Shown: positions 24,274 through 38,221, counted from the first letter of the stretch. The stretch is 64,000 bases of DNA from Carcharhinus longimanus (GCA_030264375.1 JASCQW010000146.1:26345544-26409543); one strand, 5' to 3'. A program made the numbers and translations. Notes: generated from the sequence alone by a model not told the origin.

Positions 24274-27218
24274 CTAAAGGAGAAAAAAAACAATAAAATA
24301 TTGATTGAGTTTTATGCAGCACTCAAAAGCATGGGAACCAAATAAATCTATTCAAAACAGATACCCATGAAATCGATGATTTATATGACACACCATACCA
24401 ACATATGGAAGAATAGTTACAAAATTGTGGATGTATACTGTAATAAAACAGTTGATCATGCAAGCTTTTATTAAGTTTGCTTTTCAAAGCAATGGATTTT
24501 AACAATATCTGCCTTACTTCATGATGATATGATGTAATTTATATTCTTAAATTTAAAGACAGTCAAATACAGTCTTGTTGCTACTGCCCTGGGTTTCTAC
24601 CAAGTCAGTCATAGGCTCATGATTAAAGTCAATTGCTACAGATTTTCCAATTTATTCAGTTATTGGATAAGATAATGGGTGAATGATTTGTAACAAGAGA
24701 CCTTATTTGAAAGGAAATGGATGAACGCCAGCCTGAGTGTCATTCTTGCCATGCTACATGCACTTCTCTGATCTGATCACAAAGCGATATTATGATAATA
24801 CAAGAAATGTTCACAGCTTGGGTTGAACCATCATCTCAGCTGGAGACAAGAATTTGAGATGGGGTTGGTCAGCAATGTACACACTTCTTAAATACATGCT
24901 CCAGTGAGACAAGCTGGGAATCTGATTATTGCAATTATATTTACAGTCTAGGAAAATATATTAGGCCCCTGGGTTATCATCCTGCAGACTTTTCAAATGG
25001 CTTGATGGAATTAGTATCATCCCTGAAGGGTTAAGCTTTCTTCAAAAATACACAGAACAAGAATATTTTCAAAACTTATATTAAAGCTAGGACCTTTTAA
25101 GATAGATTGAAAGTCCCTTCACATCAACAGCAACGTATGCATCCAATCTTATTTTTAGTTCAGTTTTATTCGATTGAAAAAAAACTTAAATAGTTCATTT
25201 GCAAAGCTTAATGAAAGCTAGAATTTACAACTGATGTAGTACTCTGCCACTTGATCTGCACATACAAATGAAATCTGAAATCAAACTATTAGTGAAATAA
25301 TCTTTCTGTACGTCCCTTCATGAGATCAAATGTTATATTTCTGATCACAATGTAATGCCAAAATTAGTGATATTAAACATAAATACAAAGGTTATTGAAA
25401 AGTCAAGATTCAGTTTCACAGCAGAACTGAAGGTTTTGTCACAAATGGTGCTAGGGTTTAATTAGTACAATTAAATAGCCCCTAAAGAACAGGAACAGAA
25501 GTTCAAAAGGCTAGGAATTGGAAGTTGCCAATAATCTCATGGGAAAAGTTTGTAAGTGATGTTTTGTTATAATAAAAATGTTAAATGTAGCAATAGCATG
25601 GATCTAGCTTAAATGAATGCTAATGGCTTTGGTTCAGTACTTCCTGTTTCTAAATATCAAGAGTAAATGATAAAGAATTTGAATAATAAAGAATGTGATT
25701 AAACTAAGATGGAAAAGAACAAAATACAAAGTGGATCAAATGTTTATCACCAAAATTTCAAAGATCCTTTGACATATACTAGACAGAAAGCATGCATATC
25801 AGAGTCTGAACAAACAAAAATAGGAGTGATGCTTATAAACTAGATTTTGTAGTGTACAGGTTATTAACAGAACCTCAACATCTAAGTGAGGAAATTTCAA
25901 TGTAAGCAACAAGTTCCATTTTGAAGACCATGTGAACACACAATACAAAGAGGAGTGTAATAAATAAGAGAAAGACAAGGCATCTATTAATGAATTCTCA
26001 ATCCAATCTAAATGAATAATTATTTAAACAAACAAATAAATTTACTATTTTTAAAAAATTTATATATCATTGCACAGGCAAGTGATTTTCTGCTCAAAAT
26101 ATACTTTTCCTCCATTGGTAGGGTGCATTACTGAGTCATGGACTTTTCTGTTGACAATGATGACAGTGATTAATGGAAAAAAAATGCCTTTGAGATGATG
26201 TGCTTCAGGTAGTTTCACCTTCACCCAAAATGAGATTTATGTTATCCTGCGGTCACTTTCGCAGACTTAATTGGAAACTGATGAAGCACAAAATGGGTCA
26301 GAGGTCAAACATTTTGTAGAGGTTGGAGCTGATTTCCTCCTCTACTTCATTCGTCCAAATAATTTCAAGATCATAGAGAATTTTAGAAAAGAATTCATAC
26401 ATTGTCAAAGGTGCAAACTACATCTAAGTCAAAATTCAGTGTTAGCAAGAATATTCCTTGAGCATATCTATTTTATTTTTGGGCACTCATCTGCATCATT
26501 TGATTTGAAACAAAAAATATTTCAGTTCCTGAGGTAAGGGAAAATACAAATCAAGTGACATAATTTTGCAACAGTAATAAAAGATGACAACTAAGATTAA
26601 AGCAATATAACTAGTTATAGAGACTTTATAAAATATTTTGTCACACATATGTACCTGGGGACCTACTGATTGCAAATGGAATGCAAGGGAGGTAATTCAG
26701 TAAAATTCTGGGTTTTATTTTAATTAACCTGAATTTTGCAAGTGGCAGCGAAGTGATGGCAATCACTACTGACCTTGCAGAAAGCATCCCGCAAAGATCT
26801 AGCGATCTCTGCAGAGTATATTTCAACTTTTCCAACATTAGCTTCATTCTGTTGCCAGCTACAGAATATCACGGACATCCAGCAACAGCGATGTCATCAT
26901 GGAGGCTAAGCAGCCAAACACACTGCAACATTCATATGGGTGGCAATCCCCCTTTCTAAAATAACCTTACAGAAAGCAGAATAAAAATAGGAATATATGC
27001 ATGGGATTAAGCTGGGAACTGAAACGTCAAAGTTCAGATAGAATAATTTTGATTTAAATACTGCTGTAAAACACATGCTGCTAAAACTCGTCAGGTCAAC
27101 AAAAATGCCAAACAATTACAAAAATTTATGCTACAGGAGAAAAGGGTGTTGATTGGTTGGCAAGTCAACTCTGGTTGAGGCCTTAACATGGAGAATTAAT
27201 TTTGTTTTAAAAGCTTAT

Positions 27219-27861
27219 GGGGGCAATCTTACCAAAAACACTCAATGCCGAATGAGTGTGAAAACAGGAGAGAATCACACCCATTTTTTCAGCGAGCTTT
27301 CAGATATGATCTTATGGTACCTAGTGCAAAAAAAGGCGAAGTGTAATTCACTCCAGGTGAGTCAACAGTGTCTAGGTTCACCAGATAACATTGGAGGGCG
27401 CTATTGCACATATCTCTGTTCTGTGCAGCAGAACAGAAAGATCCGTCAGTCCCTCCCCAACCTCATGGATATCACACCCCCCCCGCTCCCCCCCCCCAAA
27501 CCAAACATCACTGGCTGCTATGGCTGATCGGCCCTACCTGCCTGGATATTGCCCTGATATCTGCCCCGGATGTTGCAGTCCCCCCACCACCCACCTGTTG
27601 CTGGGGACCATACATGATCTTCCATTGGCAAGGCCATTAAGACAAATTAACCTGGATGATTGTGTCCAGGACTTACTAATAATACTTAAATAAAGATCAA
27701 AATATTTAAATTAGGCCCAGGCTGATCATGCCGGCAATCCGGGACCAGTAAAATTGCAAGAGGCAAGAAACTGGGCGTGAATCTGGTTTTCTGCCTCTCT
27801 TGTGATCGTACCAGTTCATCATACTGACCAATCGCCATGACGAGGTAGTAAGATTGCCCCC
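27219..27861. mobile_element. MITE / non-autonomous DNA transposon, possibly PIF-Harbinger type
   Basis: Perfect 14-bp terminal inverted repeat GGGGGCAATCTTAC...GTAAGATTGCCCCC; flanks TAT/TTT. Confidence 0.8.
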
Positions 27862-27964
27862 TTTGAATGTTTTATCATAGAATGGAGAAATGTTTCAGGG
27901 CCAGTGAGGTTGTTCAACAGTATTTATAAATTTGCACTGATTGGTGTTTTGAAGAATTGGGGAA

Positions 27965-28345
27965 GGTGGGATCTCATAGAAACCTATAAAATTTTAACAA
28001 GACTGGACAGGGAGATGCAGGAAGGATGTTCCCAAAGGTAGGGGAGTCCAGAACCAGGGGTCACAAACTGAGGATACAGGGTAGGCCACTTAGGACCGAG
28101 ACAAGGAGAAATTTCTTCACCCAGAGAGTGTTCAGCCTGTGAAATTCGTTAACACAGAAAGAAGTTGAGGCCAAAATATTGAATGTTTTCGAGCAGGAGT
28201 TTGATACATCTCTTGGAGCTAAAGAGATCAAAGGATATGGGGCAAAGTGGGAACAGGTTACTGAATTGGATAAGGCATGATCAAAATTAATGGCAGACTT
28301 GAAGGGCTGAATGGGTTACTCCTGCTCCTATATTCTATGTTTTTA
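27965..28345 (+). mobile_element. CR1 3' fragment
   Basis: DLIETYKILTRLDR...SRTRGHKL...RRNFFTQRV and a CR1 tail. Confidence 0.9.
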
Positions 28346-30247
28346 CATATGCCATTAAATTCCTAGTTACACCTCATTTGACAAGACATAACTTTTTCAA
28401 GGTGTTTTAGAGTGGGAATAATAATGTTAATTCAATATTTTCTAATTGGATTTCTACCTGAAAGGACTTCAATAGTGCACCCCATGGAAGAGCAAAAAAT
28501 CACTGGCAGCAGCTTTGGGATTTCCACACTTAATTGCATATGTGGACGTAAGAAGTCACTGTTAGTTTCACAGCTGGNNNNNNNNNNNNNNNNNNNNNNN
28601 NNNNNNNNNNNNNNNNNNNNNNNNNNNNNNNNNNNNNNNNNNNNNNNNNNNNNNNNNNNNNNNNNNNNNNNNNNNNNTTAGTTTCACAGCTGGAAAGAAG
28701 TTTCGGCATCATTACAACAGCAGAATTCTGGCTAACTTATTTACCCTCATATTGCAAATTCTTTTTATTCCCTTCTCACCCTTCCACATCATTGTTAGTT
28801 ATTTGAAAGAGGCAAGCACTCTTACTTGAAAATACTTGGTTTTATTCCAGCTTTATTCAACCCCTAAAAATTAATTATACTGTGTAAAGGTAAAACAAAT
28901 TAGGCTGGGTATTAAATAAGGAAAATGATCTCATCAGAAATATTAAAGAACTCTACCTTTTAGTCTCTCATCTGGACCACGAAACATTCACAGAAAGTTT
29001 GAAGAACATAACAGAGGTTACATAGCTGCATGAAAAAGCTGGTTAAAGTTATCCAGTACCCATTCCAAAGTAGAAAAGTGTATAATTATAGTTTTGGACA
29101 ATTTCAGTCAAAGGGAACAAATGTAGAGCAGTTAGTGAGCAGTTCACATGCGATTTGGAATTAGTGCAATTGACACAGCACACAGTACAGCCTGGCTCCA
29201 TGAATCAACTTGAACCAATCAATAACCAATCCATACTTATTTTGTACTTTGAAAATACCCTGTCTTATGACTGGGACTTGGAGCAAAAGTACGTAATTCA
29301 TTGTAAATAATGGTGCAAGTTATTTCCCCACCAGAAACAGTACACAGAATTGACTTTGGTTAGATGAGGATAGGGAGGAGGATGGTAATTGGAAAGAATT
29401 GTAGAGACAGATTGAAACATGAATATTGAGACAACACTCATTTTTCTTTTGATTCTAACAATATTTATAAGATAAATAAAATGTATTGAATCATATTATT
29501 TGGCAGTATCCCAAACAAGTAGAATGTATTTTTCCTTTAGGTGGTAATTTGCAAAGTAAAAATTGTTTCAGGACATTCTTTTCTTGTGATCATGGATAAT
29601 TCAGGGGAGATGAAATAATCTATTAAAAACAATCACATCTGAATCTGCAAATGCAATGCAGGACAAGAATGCCAGGGCAATGTAAACCATCCAATTGTGT
29701 TCAATACTGGCTTTGCTTGATTTAGGTGGTTGGAATGCTAAGCGCTTCTTGGTAGTTTATCTGAACTAGTCCAAGATTTAATATTTCTTTACACAAAAAC
29801 TTTCTAAGAACATGAAGCTAGTTCATCTCTTTGACAGATCAGCTTTCTGACCAAACCCCTTTTTGTCGTTGATTTTGTAATTATCCTTCAGACCAAAGTC
29901 TTTTCTGGTAAGCTATTCTACAATACTTTTGGATAAAAGCTCTTTTTAACTTTTGTCATTTAGTATTACAAGCCTTCATTATAGTGAAATTTTCCTTGAT
30001 TTCTGCCTGGTCTTAAATTAAAATGCTCTTAAAAAATGGGTATTTGCTTGGTTAGAGTTCAGATTTCAGACTGGTGAAATAGCATAAGAAGCGAAAGACA
30101 GCAAATACATAGTGAATTCTGAGAGCCTGGCTGTGGTACTGTGTGCAAAGGGTCAGTCTATCAATGTGGCTGAAAGAACAAAGCCAAAGCCATTCACAGG
30201 GAGGAGAAGGAAAAAGAGAAAGAGCTAGACAGAGAAGAATTGCCAAC

Positions 30248-30316
30248 CTATTGGAGACTGACTGGAAATCGAAGAATTCGATTCCGAGCGTAACAATTTA
30301 TTCCCTTGATGATGAA
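30248..30316 (-). CDS. MACF1: MACF1 cassette exon (VHHQGNKLLRSESNSSISSQSPI)
   Basis: 69 nt, TAG/GTTGG, phase 1-1; resembles the optional VHH...RS(D/E)S.SSI exon of MACF1/DST. Confidence 0.88.
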   Translation of the reverse strand, partial: FIIKGINCYARNRILRFPVSLQ

Positions 30317-33157
30317 CTAGAAAGAAATGACAGAAAATCTGAAACTCAACCAGACAGATTGGAAAAGAATAGCAATGTCATTTACTTAGTGGACTTGCAC
30401 ATGTCAACACCTTAACCATTTTCCCTTTAATTAGGTCTTTTCCTTTCTGAGCCATGCTGACCAAAATAGATTTCAATTTTAAAGCAGCAGAATCCATGCA
30501 ATGTAGTGCTCTGGAGTTCCAAGGTACTCTGCCATTGATCAAACAGACATAGGCTGTCAGTTTGAACCCTCAATCTCAAGGGGCATTTCCTTCATGGGAG
30601 GGAATCTAGTCAGAAGGATCAGTGACTTTGAAGATGCTTTCTGCTGTTGGTTATGGGGAGGCAATTGTGGAAACTTGGAAGCAAGTCTCCAACTGTTCTG
30701 AAAGGGTAAAATTGAGGTCACAAAGAAAATAAAATTAAATTAGGAATTAGCAATAATCAAGAGCACAATAAATTGTGAGAGTTGACAGGTGAATAAAGAA
30801 TATTGTAGCTCAAGTTGGTGTCAATCTCTGTGAAAGTTAAAAGAATTCTCAATAGTTTTAGGAATCAAAAGTTTAAGGATTGATCATGGAAGTAGATATG
30901 GGGCGTATAAGACATTTGCAGCATGCTGCATAAAACCAATGCTTTAACCATTATGTTGTTTATCAGAAAATCATATTATAATAGCCATTTGAATTTAATT
31001 TTTGCTTTGCTGGTTTAATGTTTACTAATAATGACCTTCCTAATTGAAGATGCATTTCTGTATGTAGCTTGTCGGCACTAATTGTTTCACAATCTAGATG
31101 CCACAAGTTTGAGTTCCAGGATTATCTTGAATTCAAGCTCACTGAGTTCATCAAACATGATCAATATTGTGATTTTTGTTTTGGAGGGGTTTNNNNNNNN
31201 NNAGAGTTCATTTTACTTCACCAATACAACCCTGTCTGTTTGCCCATCAATTTGAAGGTATTTTTATCAGTTCGAGTTGGCTGTTCAATTTTTATTTAAA
31301 TCTTAATTTGGTTACACCAAATCTGTGTGAATAGGTTTTGAAGATATTTATTTCCAAATTAGACTTTTTTGTGAATGAGAAATTTTCTGGCTTCATTTTT
31401 CTGAACGTCTGAGATTCCTCTACCAGTAATTGTAGAGAAACCTGCAACTGTCTGTCTTGATCTTTCAGTTGAAGAAGGTAAATTGAAGGAGCTTGGTCAC
31501 ACAGCTCAAGAGAATTAGTCTTTTAAAAAAGATTGTTTTTGTAACTTATATTGAGAGAATGATGGGTGCAAAAGGGGAAATTCTAGCAACATTTCCCTGA
31601 TAAAGTTTATTAACACAGGGTCTTTGCAAAATTTGTTTTAACTAAAGGTTGAATTTCTAATGACTTCTATCATACCTTTGGTGTCTTGCAAGCATGTGTA
31701 GGAACACAGATTTGCAGTTATGTGCAAGAGCATCAAGTAGAAAATCTTCAGACAGACAGATAAAATAGCAGAGGAAATAAAAGGAGCTTAAACAGTGTTA
31801 GAGAGTTAGACAACAGAAGTTCAGAACTAAGTTTCTTATTTAAACATTTTAGCTAGTTTGAATACTAACATACTTTTATAATATGATGCATTTCTGAGTT
31901 TATTCTTTTATTTCCAAGTTATAGAATGGTTTATGTTTGGATGTACATTTCAAAAAACAATTTAAATTTACATGAAGTGGTATATACCAGTGAAGTAGTA
32001 TATACCAGTTCTTAGCTACAGCAATCCAAAATCCCACTGTTCTGCTCTCCATTCCTTCCACCATATGGCCCTACGTCTTCCAAGGTTTCAAATATTTAGC
32101 TCGTCATCTCTTAAGAGATGGGACATTTTTGGTCACAATGCTTTCTACCCAACAACTTGCTGCTTAAAGGATTTCTTCTTCTTCATCATTCTCTTCACTT
32201 CTGGTGACAATTGATGATTCATTTGCAAATGGTTCTCCAACCGAGAACAACACATTCACTCTACTAAAAACCATCATTTTAAAAATACCTCAATAAACCT
32301 GCTTTTAGCATCTGCTAATTTAGAGAAAAAAAAAAGTAAAAGTGGGTGGAATTTTCCACTTGAGTGCTGGCTGATGTGAGAAAACTGGTGTGCAGCTCTC
32401 CAGCTGCATACCCACTTTTTCTCTCCAAATATTCTGTGCTCTCTAGACAAAGAATATGCCTGGGTATGTCCCTTGCCCCCCAGGGGCCATACTTTCCACT
32501 GTACCTGGGTGGGTTTCCTTCACCTGGTTCGTGTTTTGTAAAAATTGTTGTAAAGTTAATTGACGTGACAATTTTTAACATGGGGATAACCTATACTGGA
32601 GAACCCCTCTAATTGTATTTTAATTTATGGAAGTGAGATTCCTGCCTCATTACATCACTGGCAAGGGGTGTGGAAAACTGGAAAGTTAGATTCTGCTGGC
32701 GTGGTTCTCACTTTCTGAATCTTGAGAGATTTTGTGCCCATGTTGTCGCAAGTGTTCACAGCGAACATGGGTGCAAAATCACCTCCAGTATCGCATTTCA
32801 TCTATAGCTTTTTGGTCCAGAGATCATCCTGGCAAAACCATTCCGTACACACTTTCTAGCTCGTATGATCCTTTTGGTGTTGGTTACCTAAAAATGTACA
32901 GTACAAAACCGTGCCTTAACAAATGTTTTGGACAAACTGATCATTACTGCTTTACTTTTATCCTTGACCCTTTAATAAAATCTAACATTTGTCATTTGTC
33001 AGCCCTTTTCATGGATTTATCCGCTTGCATTTTCACTTCCAGGGAACATTGTTTTTGAGTCCGTATAATTCTGTTCATCCATCTGTTTTTCTATTGAGTG
33101 CACACACCCTTTTCTTTCAGATTTCCTTACATCTATCTTGATTCCACTAACCTATTT

Positions 33158-33242
33158 CGAAGAGTCAGATTGGATTTGAAACATTAACCATTTCTCTCAA
33201 CAGGCTGCCAGTCCTGCTGAGTTTTTCCAGCATTTTCTGTTG
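33158..33242 (+). mobile_element. Penelope-like pseudo-LTR fragment
   Basis: GAAGAGTCAGATTGGATTTGAAACATTAAC...CCTGCTGAGTTTTTCCAGCATTTTCTG. Confidence 0.6.
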
Positions 33243-34184
33243 CATTCCACTAACCCGCTTTGTCCTTCCTGAAACCTGTTACAGTCCTCATCACTGTTTG
33301 TTAAACTCATTTTTGTGCTGTGTTTCACATACATTTAGGCATCGAATGCACCACCTCAACTTTAATTTCACCACGTGGAAGTCATTATTTTAAAATTTTA
33401 CAAAATTAAATTGTCGGTGATTACAGGGAAACTTCAAAGCTAGTTTAAATATATTGTTATATCCTTGTGCTAAAATATAAGCGAGCTTGGGTGAAATGTC
33501 ATCACATCATTATACCTTCTAAACAACACCAGCAAGAAACTGTTTGTAATAACTGATTTCACAAAAGAGTGTTATGGGATTCTCTGGTCCTGCTGCAGTG
33601 AATGGAGATTTGGCTGAACGCCAAATTCTCTGTTCTCGCTGGCAGTGGCAGCGGGGTGTGAACAGCCAGAGAATTCTGGCCTACATCAGTATATTTTCCT
33701 AAATTATACATATGATACCTGAAATAGGCAATGGTATAATAAATTAATTTTGGGATTCAATCTTACAATTGAAGCTTGTTTTCAAAGGTGTTAAGCGTGT
33801 AAAAGCACGTCAAATAACGAGCTCCAAGCAATGAAGCACATTCTTAATACCTTCATTCCATAACCTTGGTTGGAACTTTGACCATTCTTGTTGGCGGAAC
33901 CTTCCCCCGCCATAGGTTTCTCGTTGGCAAGATGTTCATTCCACGAAAAACCTTGTTGATAATGGTGGAGCCACAAGATCCTGCCACCAACCAATGGAAG
34001 ACTGCCTCCCACCGCAGTGAAACATGCAGCGGATTCTGTGGTAAATCCCACCCTTTTTCTATAAACTATATTGTATACAATATTGTTTACAATACATAAA
34101 ATAATTACACCACAAAGGCAGAATTGTTCAAGAGCAATGGTAGAGAAGGTAAAGGTAAGAGCATCCCCTTTCATTCAATCTTAC

Positions 34185-34302
34185 CTCTGCAGGGGTCATT
34201 TTTCACTAAGAATTCATCCAATGCCATCCAGCCTCCTCCAACACGGACCATTACAGTGCTTCGCAGAATACGCACCAGGCGCAACTGCTGAGAATCTCCA
34301 AA
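34185..34302 (-). CDS. MACF1: MACF1 exon, GAR domain second half ([39 protein letters not shown])
   Basis: 118 nt, CAG/GTAAG, phase 0-1; VRVGGGW signature. Confidence 0.97.
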
Positions 34303-34380
34303 CTGTAGAATCACAAAAATGAAAGTTAATTTTGAAGACCAGTTATTTCACTTCTCAAACAAAAGCATAATAGTGTGATT

Positions 34381-34580
34381 GCTGGAAATCTGAAAGAACA
34401 AAAAGCGTTGAAAATACTCAGCAATTCTGGCATCTGTGGTCAGAAACAAAGTTAATGTTGAGTCAATTATGACTCTTTTTCAGAACACTGCAACTCCAGT
34501 TCTGAAGCAGTATCATATTTGACTTGAAACGTTAATTGTTTCTCTCTCCAAAAATGCCATAAAACTTGAGTTTTTCCAAC
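34381..34580. mobile_element. Inverted pair of Penelope-like pseudo-LTRs (fold-back)
   Basis: Arms 34407-34486 and 34499-34580 are imperfect reverse complements; each carries a hammerhead relic. Confidence 0.75.
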
Positions 34581-37500
34581 ACTTAACTTTTTATTACCAC
34601 TTCTCAGCTTCCAATTGGCCAACTGAAATAATTTTCACCCATCACATATTCTTTCTCTTCTCCTTTGACTAAATATGGGGATATCAAAACTGCTGCCAAT
34701 GCTATCTCATCTGACCACTTAGTGAGTTGGCAGTGGGTTAAAGCAATTCAATTGTTTCTTGTGCTCATTGATTTCTACTCAATAACTGCCCCAGTGCCAG
34801 ACTTTAATTCAGATAGCCAAAGCAGTTTTAAAAATAAGATGGTTAGGGCAATGCCAAAACCATTGAAGCTTCAACATTGTCTATATTATGGTAATTCATA
34901 TTTGTAACTCTCCAAGCCAGAGTTCCTAATCTCAAATACAAGGCATAGCCAAGCACAGGCCAGAAGCCTTTTTACTGGAATTGCAGAAAGAGAAAAACTG
35001 TTAAACAGTCACATCATAAAGGCTGGAGGCATTATTGCAAAAATGGGATTAGAGTTTGGAGATGAGACCTCACCTCCACACGTTACTAAAATGGGGAAAA
35101 TTTTACTTCTTCAGATTTGCCAATGGGAAACGTTTGACTTATAACACCTGAAAATCAGCAGTGAACTAATCAACTCATTATACCAAATTTTGGGTTAATC
35201 CAAATGTAGGTTAATGATTTAAACCAGCAACTGTACTTGGTGAAAATTATTTTTTTTTCATATTCTGACCACATAACATTTGACTTCTGAATCATTCATA
35301 AACAACTGAAATTCCACACACAATTTGCAGGTCAGCTTAGAAATACGTAAGTCATAGAACTTAAAATGATAATTTTTTTCTATTTTGATAGTATTATTGT
35401 CCTTGAGTTATACAAGGATACAGTTTCATCTGTTTAATTCATTCATACTGTACAATGCTGATTTAGCTCATTTAACCGCTGTACCAACCATTCATTTCAT
35501 GCAAGTGCTATTCTGGCAGATTTATAAGTTGTCACCACACATTTCATGCAGGTTTATGACCTTATGGATTTGATAAGTTACTTGCTGTCTTCACTAAGCC
35601 TTACACCACAATGAGTAATGGTATATGTGGTGCTAGAGAAAGAACAAGATAATCAACTTTTATCATATGGGCATGAATAGCAATTGTTCTACTCTTTGTA
35701 CTTACCAGAATAAAATGTGACTTCATTAGTAGTAAGGCTACTAATTTAACATTCTTACAATCTCTGCATAATAATGTAGATATTTGTAGATTTTTCATAA
35801 TTTAATGCAATGGAAACGTGCATTGTGAACCTTTCAAGAACAGGTCTATCCGACATTTGCATGTTACTTACAAATACAGTCCTCTGTCATGCATGTTGAT
35901 TTGTGTGCCATTATGTTCTGCAGTAACTGAACTTGCAAACCTGCACTTCACTGCCACTTGTGGTGACACTATATCTCCTTCATTCACTGCTTTATAAAGT
36001 CTGGCACAGAATTTTGGTTCATACAAATAACAGTTTTGGTTTTATGGCAAAGTTCTTTGGATGCTTAATTTCAAGGGTAAGCTGGATACAAACTTGTTGT
36101 CCCAAAACACAATGCATGAAAGCAAGGCCATTGGCAACTGGCAAAGGATTTTGACTGTGCATAAAGTACTCAAATTTAATCTTCAAAGAGAGGTCAGCTC
36201 CAAATGTTATCAGGAAAATCTTGCAATGATCATGTAATTTTAAACATGCACTTCACAAATAGCCCATATAATAAAATCAATAGCTTACGGAGAATAAGCG
36301 ATTACTGTCATCCTTTCAATTGTCACAAAAATAATTGAGATAACAACTTACCCTAATAAGGCTAATGAATTGGAAGCTTTTCACAGATATGAAAGAATTT
36401 CAATAATCACTCACTTTCAGCAAGTTATTCCATAAATATTCATCAAACCATAAGGAATTGGAGAAAGCCCATGTGTAATACAGCAGTGAAAACCATTCAT
36501 CCCAAAAATATAGAGCTCACAATATGCTAAGGTGATGAGTAGAGGTGCAACAGTTATGTAAAATAATCGTAGGCTGTGTCCTACTTGCAGACTTCAAATA
36601 CTTCCTTAGCCCAGAAAATTAAATTCAAAAGCAAAGACGATAAATGCCACAGTGTAAATGAACAGATCCAAATCTAAACAATGCAAAAGTTGTCACAAAA
36701 CCATTTGAAGTGTGACTTTTTGGGAGGAGGGGTTTGCTGGGGAGCAGAATTCCTTATCCAATAATCTTTAAATAATAATGTGTATAACTGTCACACCCCT
36801 ATAACTTATAAAAGGGCATGCAAATTGGTGAAATGCTATCAAGTTGATTAGCGTGTTGGTAAGAAATCAGCCTCAGGATAAAGACATGCCATCAGACTTA
36901 TCCAGTATTAGACTACTAATTTACCATTCTTACAGTCCCTGCATTATAATGTAGACAATTGGAGATTTTTCATAACTTAATGCGGTCCATTCTATATTAA
37001 TATTCAATGTTGACATCAATATTGAATACATCAATATTTAATATCAGCCATGGGATTTCTTGTATTTCTGACGGTACTGAATAAATCTGGTAGCAAGGAA
37101 TTTCCTTATAAATATCACACAGTGTTTCTGAATATAACTGTCTTAACTGTACAAACACACTGATATCACACAAAGGTCCAGGAGAGCATCTCAAAGAGGG
37201 AGTTCAGACAGGTACAAATATTCACTGTTGCAACATTTTGAAATGTTGGAATTCAACATTTAATTCCTCTATAAATGACATTCATTTCAAATTTAAAATG
37301 CTGCATATTCAGTATTTCAGTCCGATAATAAAGTTTTATATGATCTGAAATATCCATGTGATAGTGTGTTGCACATGCCTGAAAAAATGTTGCTCCTCAA
37401 AACTAAGCCAAACACTGTGAGATATAGTTCATTTTGTATCCCTAAAGATTCAGCATATGGAATGCAAAAGATTTTATAAAATCAATCCAGCATCAAAATC

Positions 37501-38203
37501 ACACCCACCCTTCTAAGTGACTTGTCAAAATTTCAAGCATACATAGCAGACTGCATTTAAGATATTAATCAGTCAATAAATTCCTGGGAATACTTCCACA
37601 AATGGATCAACCAGAACACAGGTCTGGTACCAGATCTCTTGCAGATTAGAGCCAAGAGAGCATCTGAAAATTCTCTCAACTGTCCAAAATATTTAGCGTA
37701 CAATAACCCAGCTTCACCTATTTCATTGCTCGCAAAGTATTGATGCTAATGTTTAATGTAAATGTTTAACATGAAAAATGTTTGTTTCTTCATCCCATTA
37801 ACAATTTTTAAAATATTTAAATACTCTCAAAAGTTTCTACATAAAGAAATCTGAAACACCAAAAAGGTTGCTTAAGTATTTTGTTTAAGTGGTAAGTACA
37901 AAAGGTACACCAAAGTAATGTGGTCAGCATGCAAATTTCTGGCAAAAAAAATCTCTGCACGAATAGCTTAGTTACTGACATAATCTACATATTTAATATT
38001 CTCACTTCCTTCTTAAATATATTTTATAAGTAATCAGTGGGATTTTGTTTTCTTTTTGCACTTTCTGACGATGTATGTTTGGAATGATTGACAGAATTTT
38101 TCTAGGTGCTCGGTGGAAGACAGAAAGAACCATTTACATGCATATCAAAGTGGGAATTCACAGCACACATCATTTTTTGTTTAGTACACAGAGTGCACTG
38201 TAC

Positions 38204-38221
38204 CTGATTTCCAAGGAAGAA
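38204..38221 (-). CDS. MACF1: MACF1 18-nt microexon FFLGNQ inside the GAR domain
   Basis: TAG|TTCTTCCTTGGAAATCAG|GTACAG, phase 0-0; equals the optional FFLGNQ insert recalled from vertebrate MACF1/DST isoforms. Confidence 0.9.

Noticed and set aside
28562-28693. TTAGTTTCACAGCTGG repeated on both sides of an N-gap
   Set aside because: Same contig-overlap artefact
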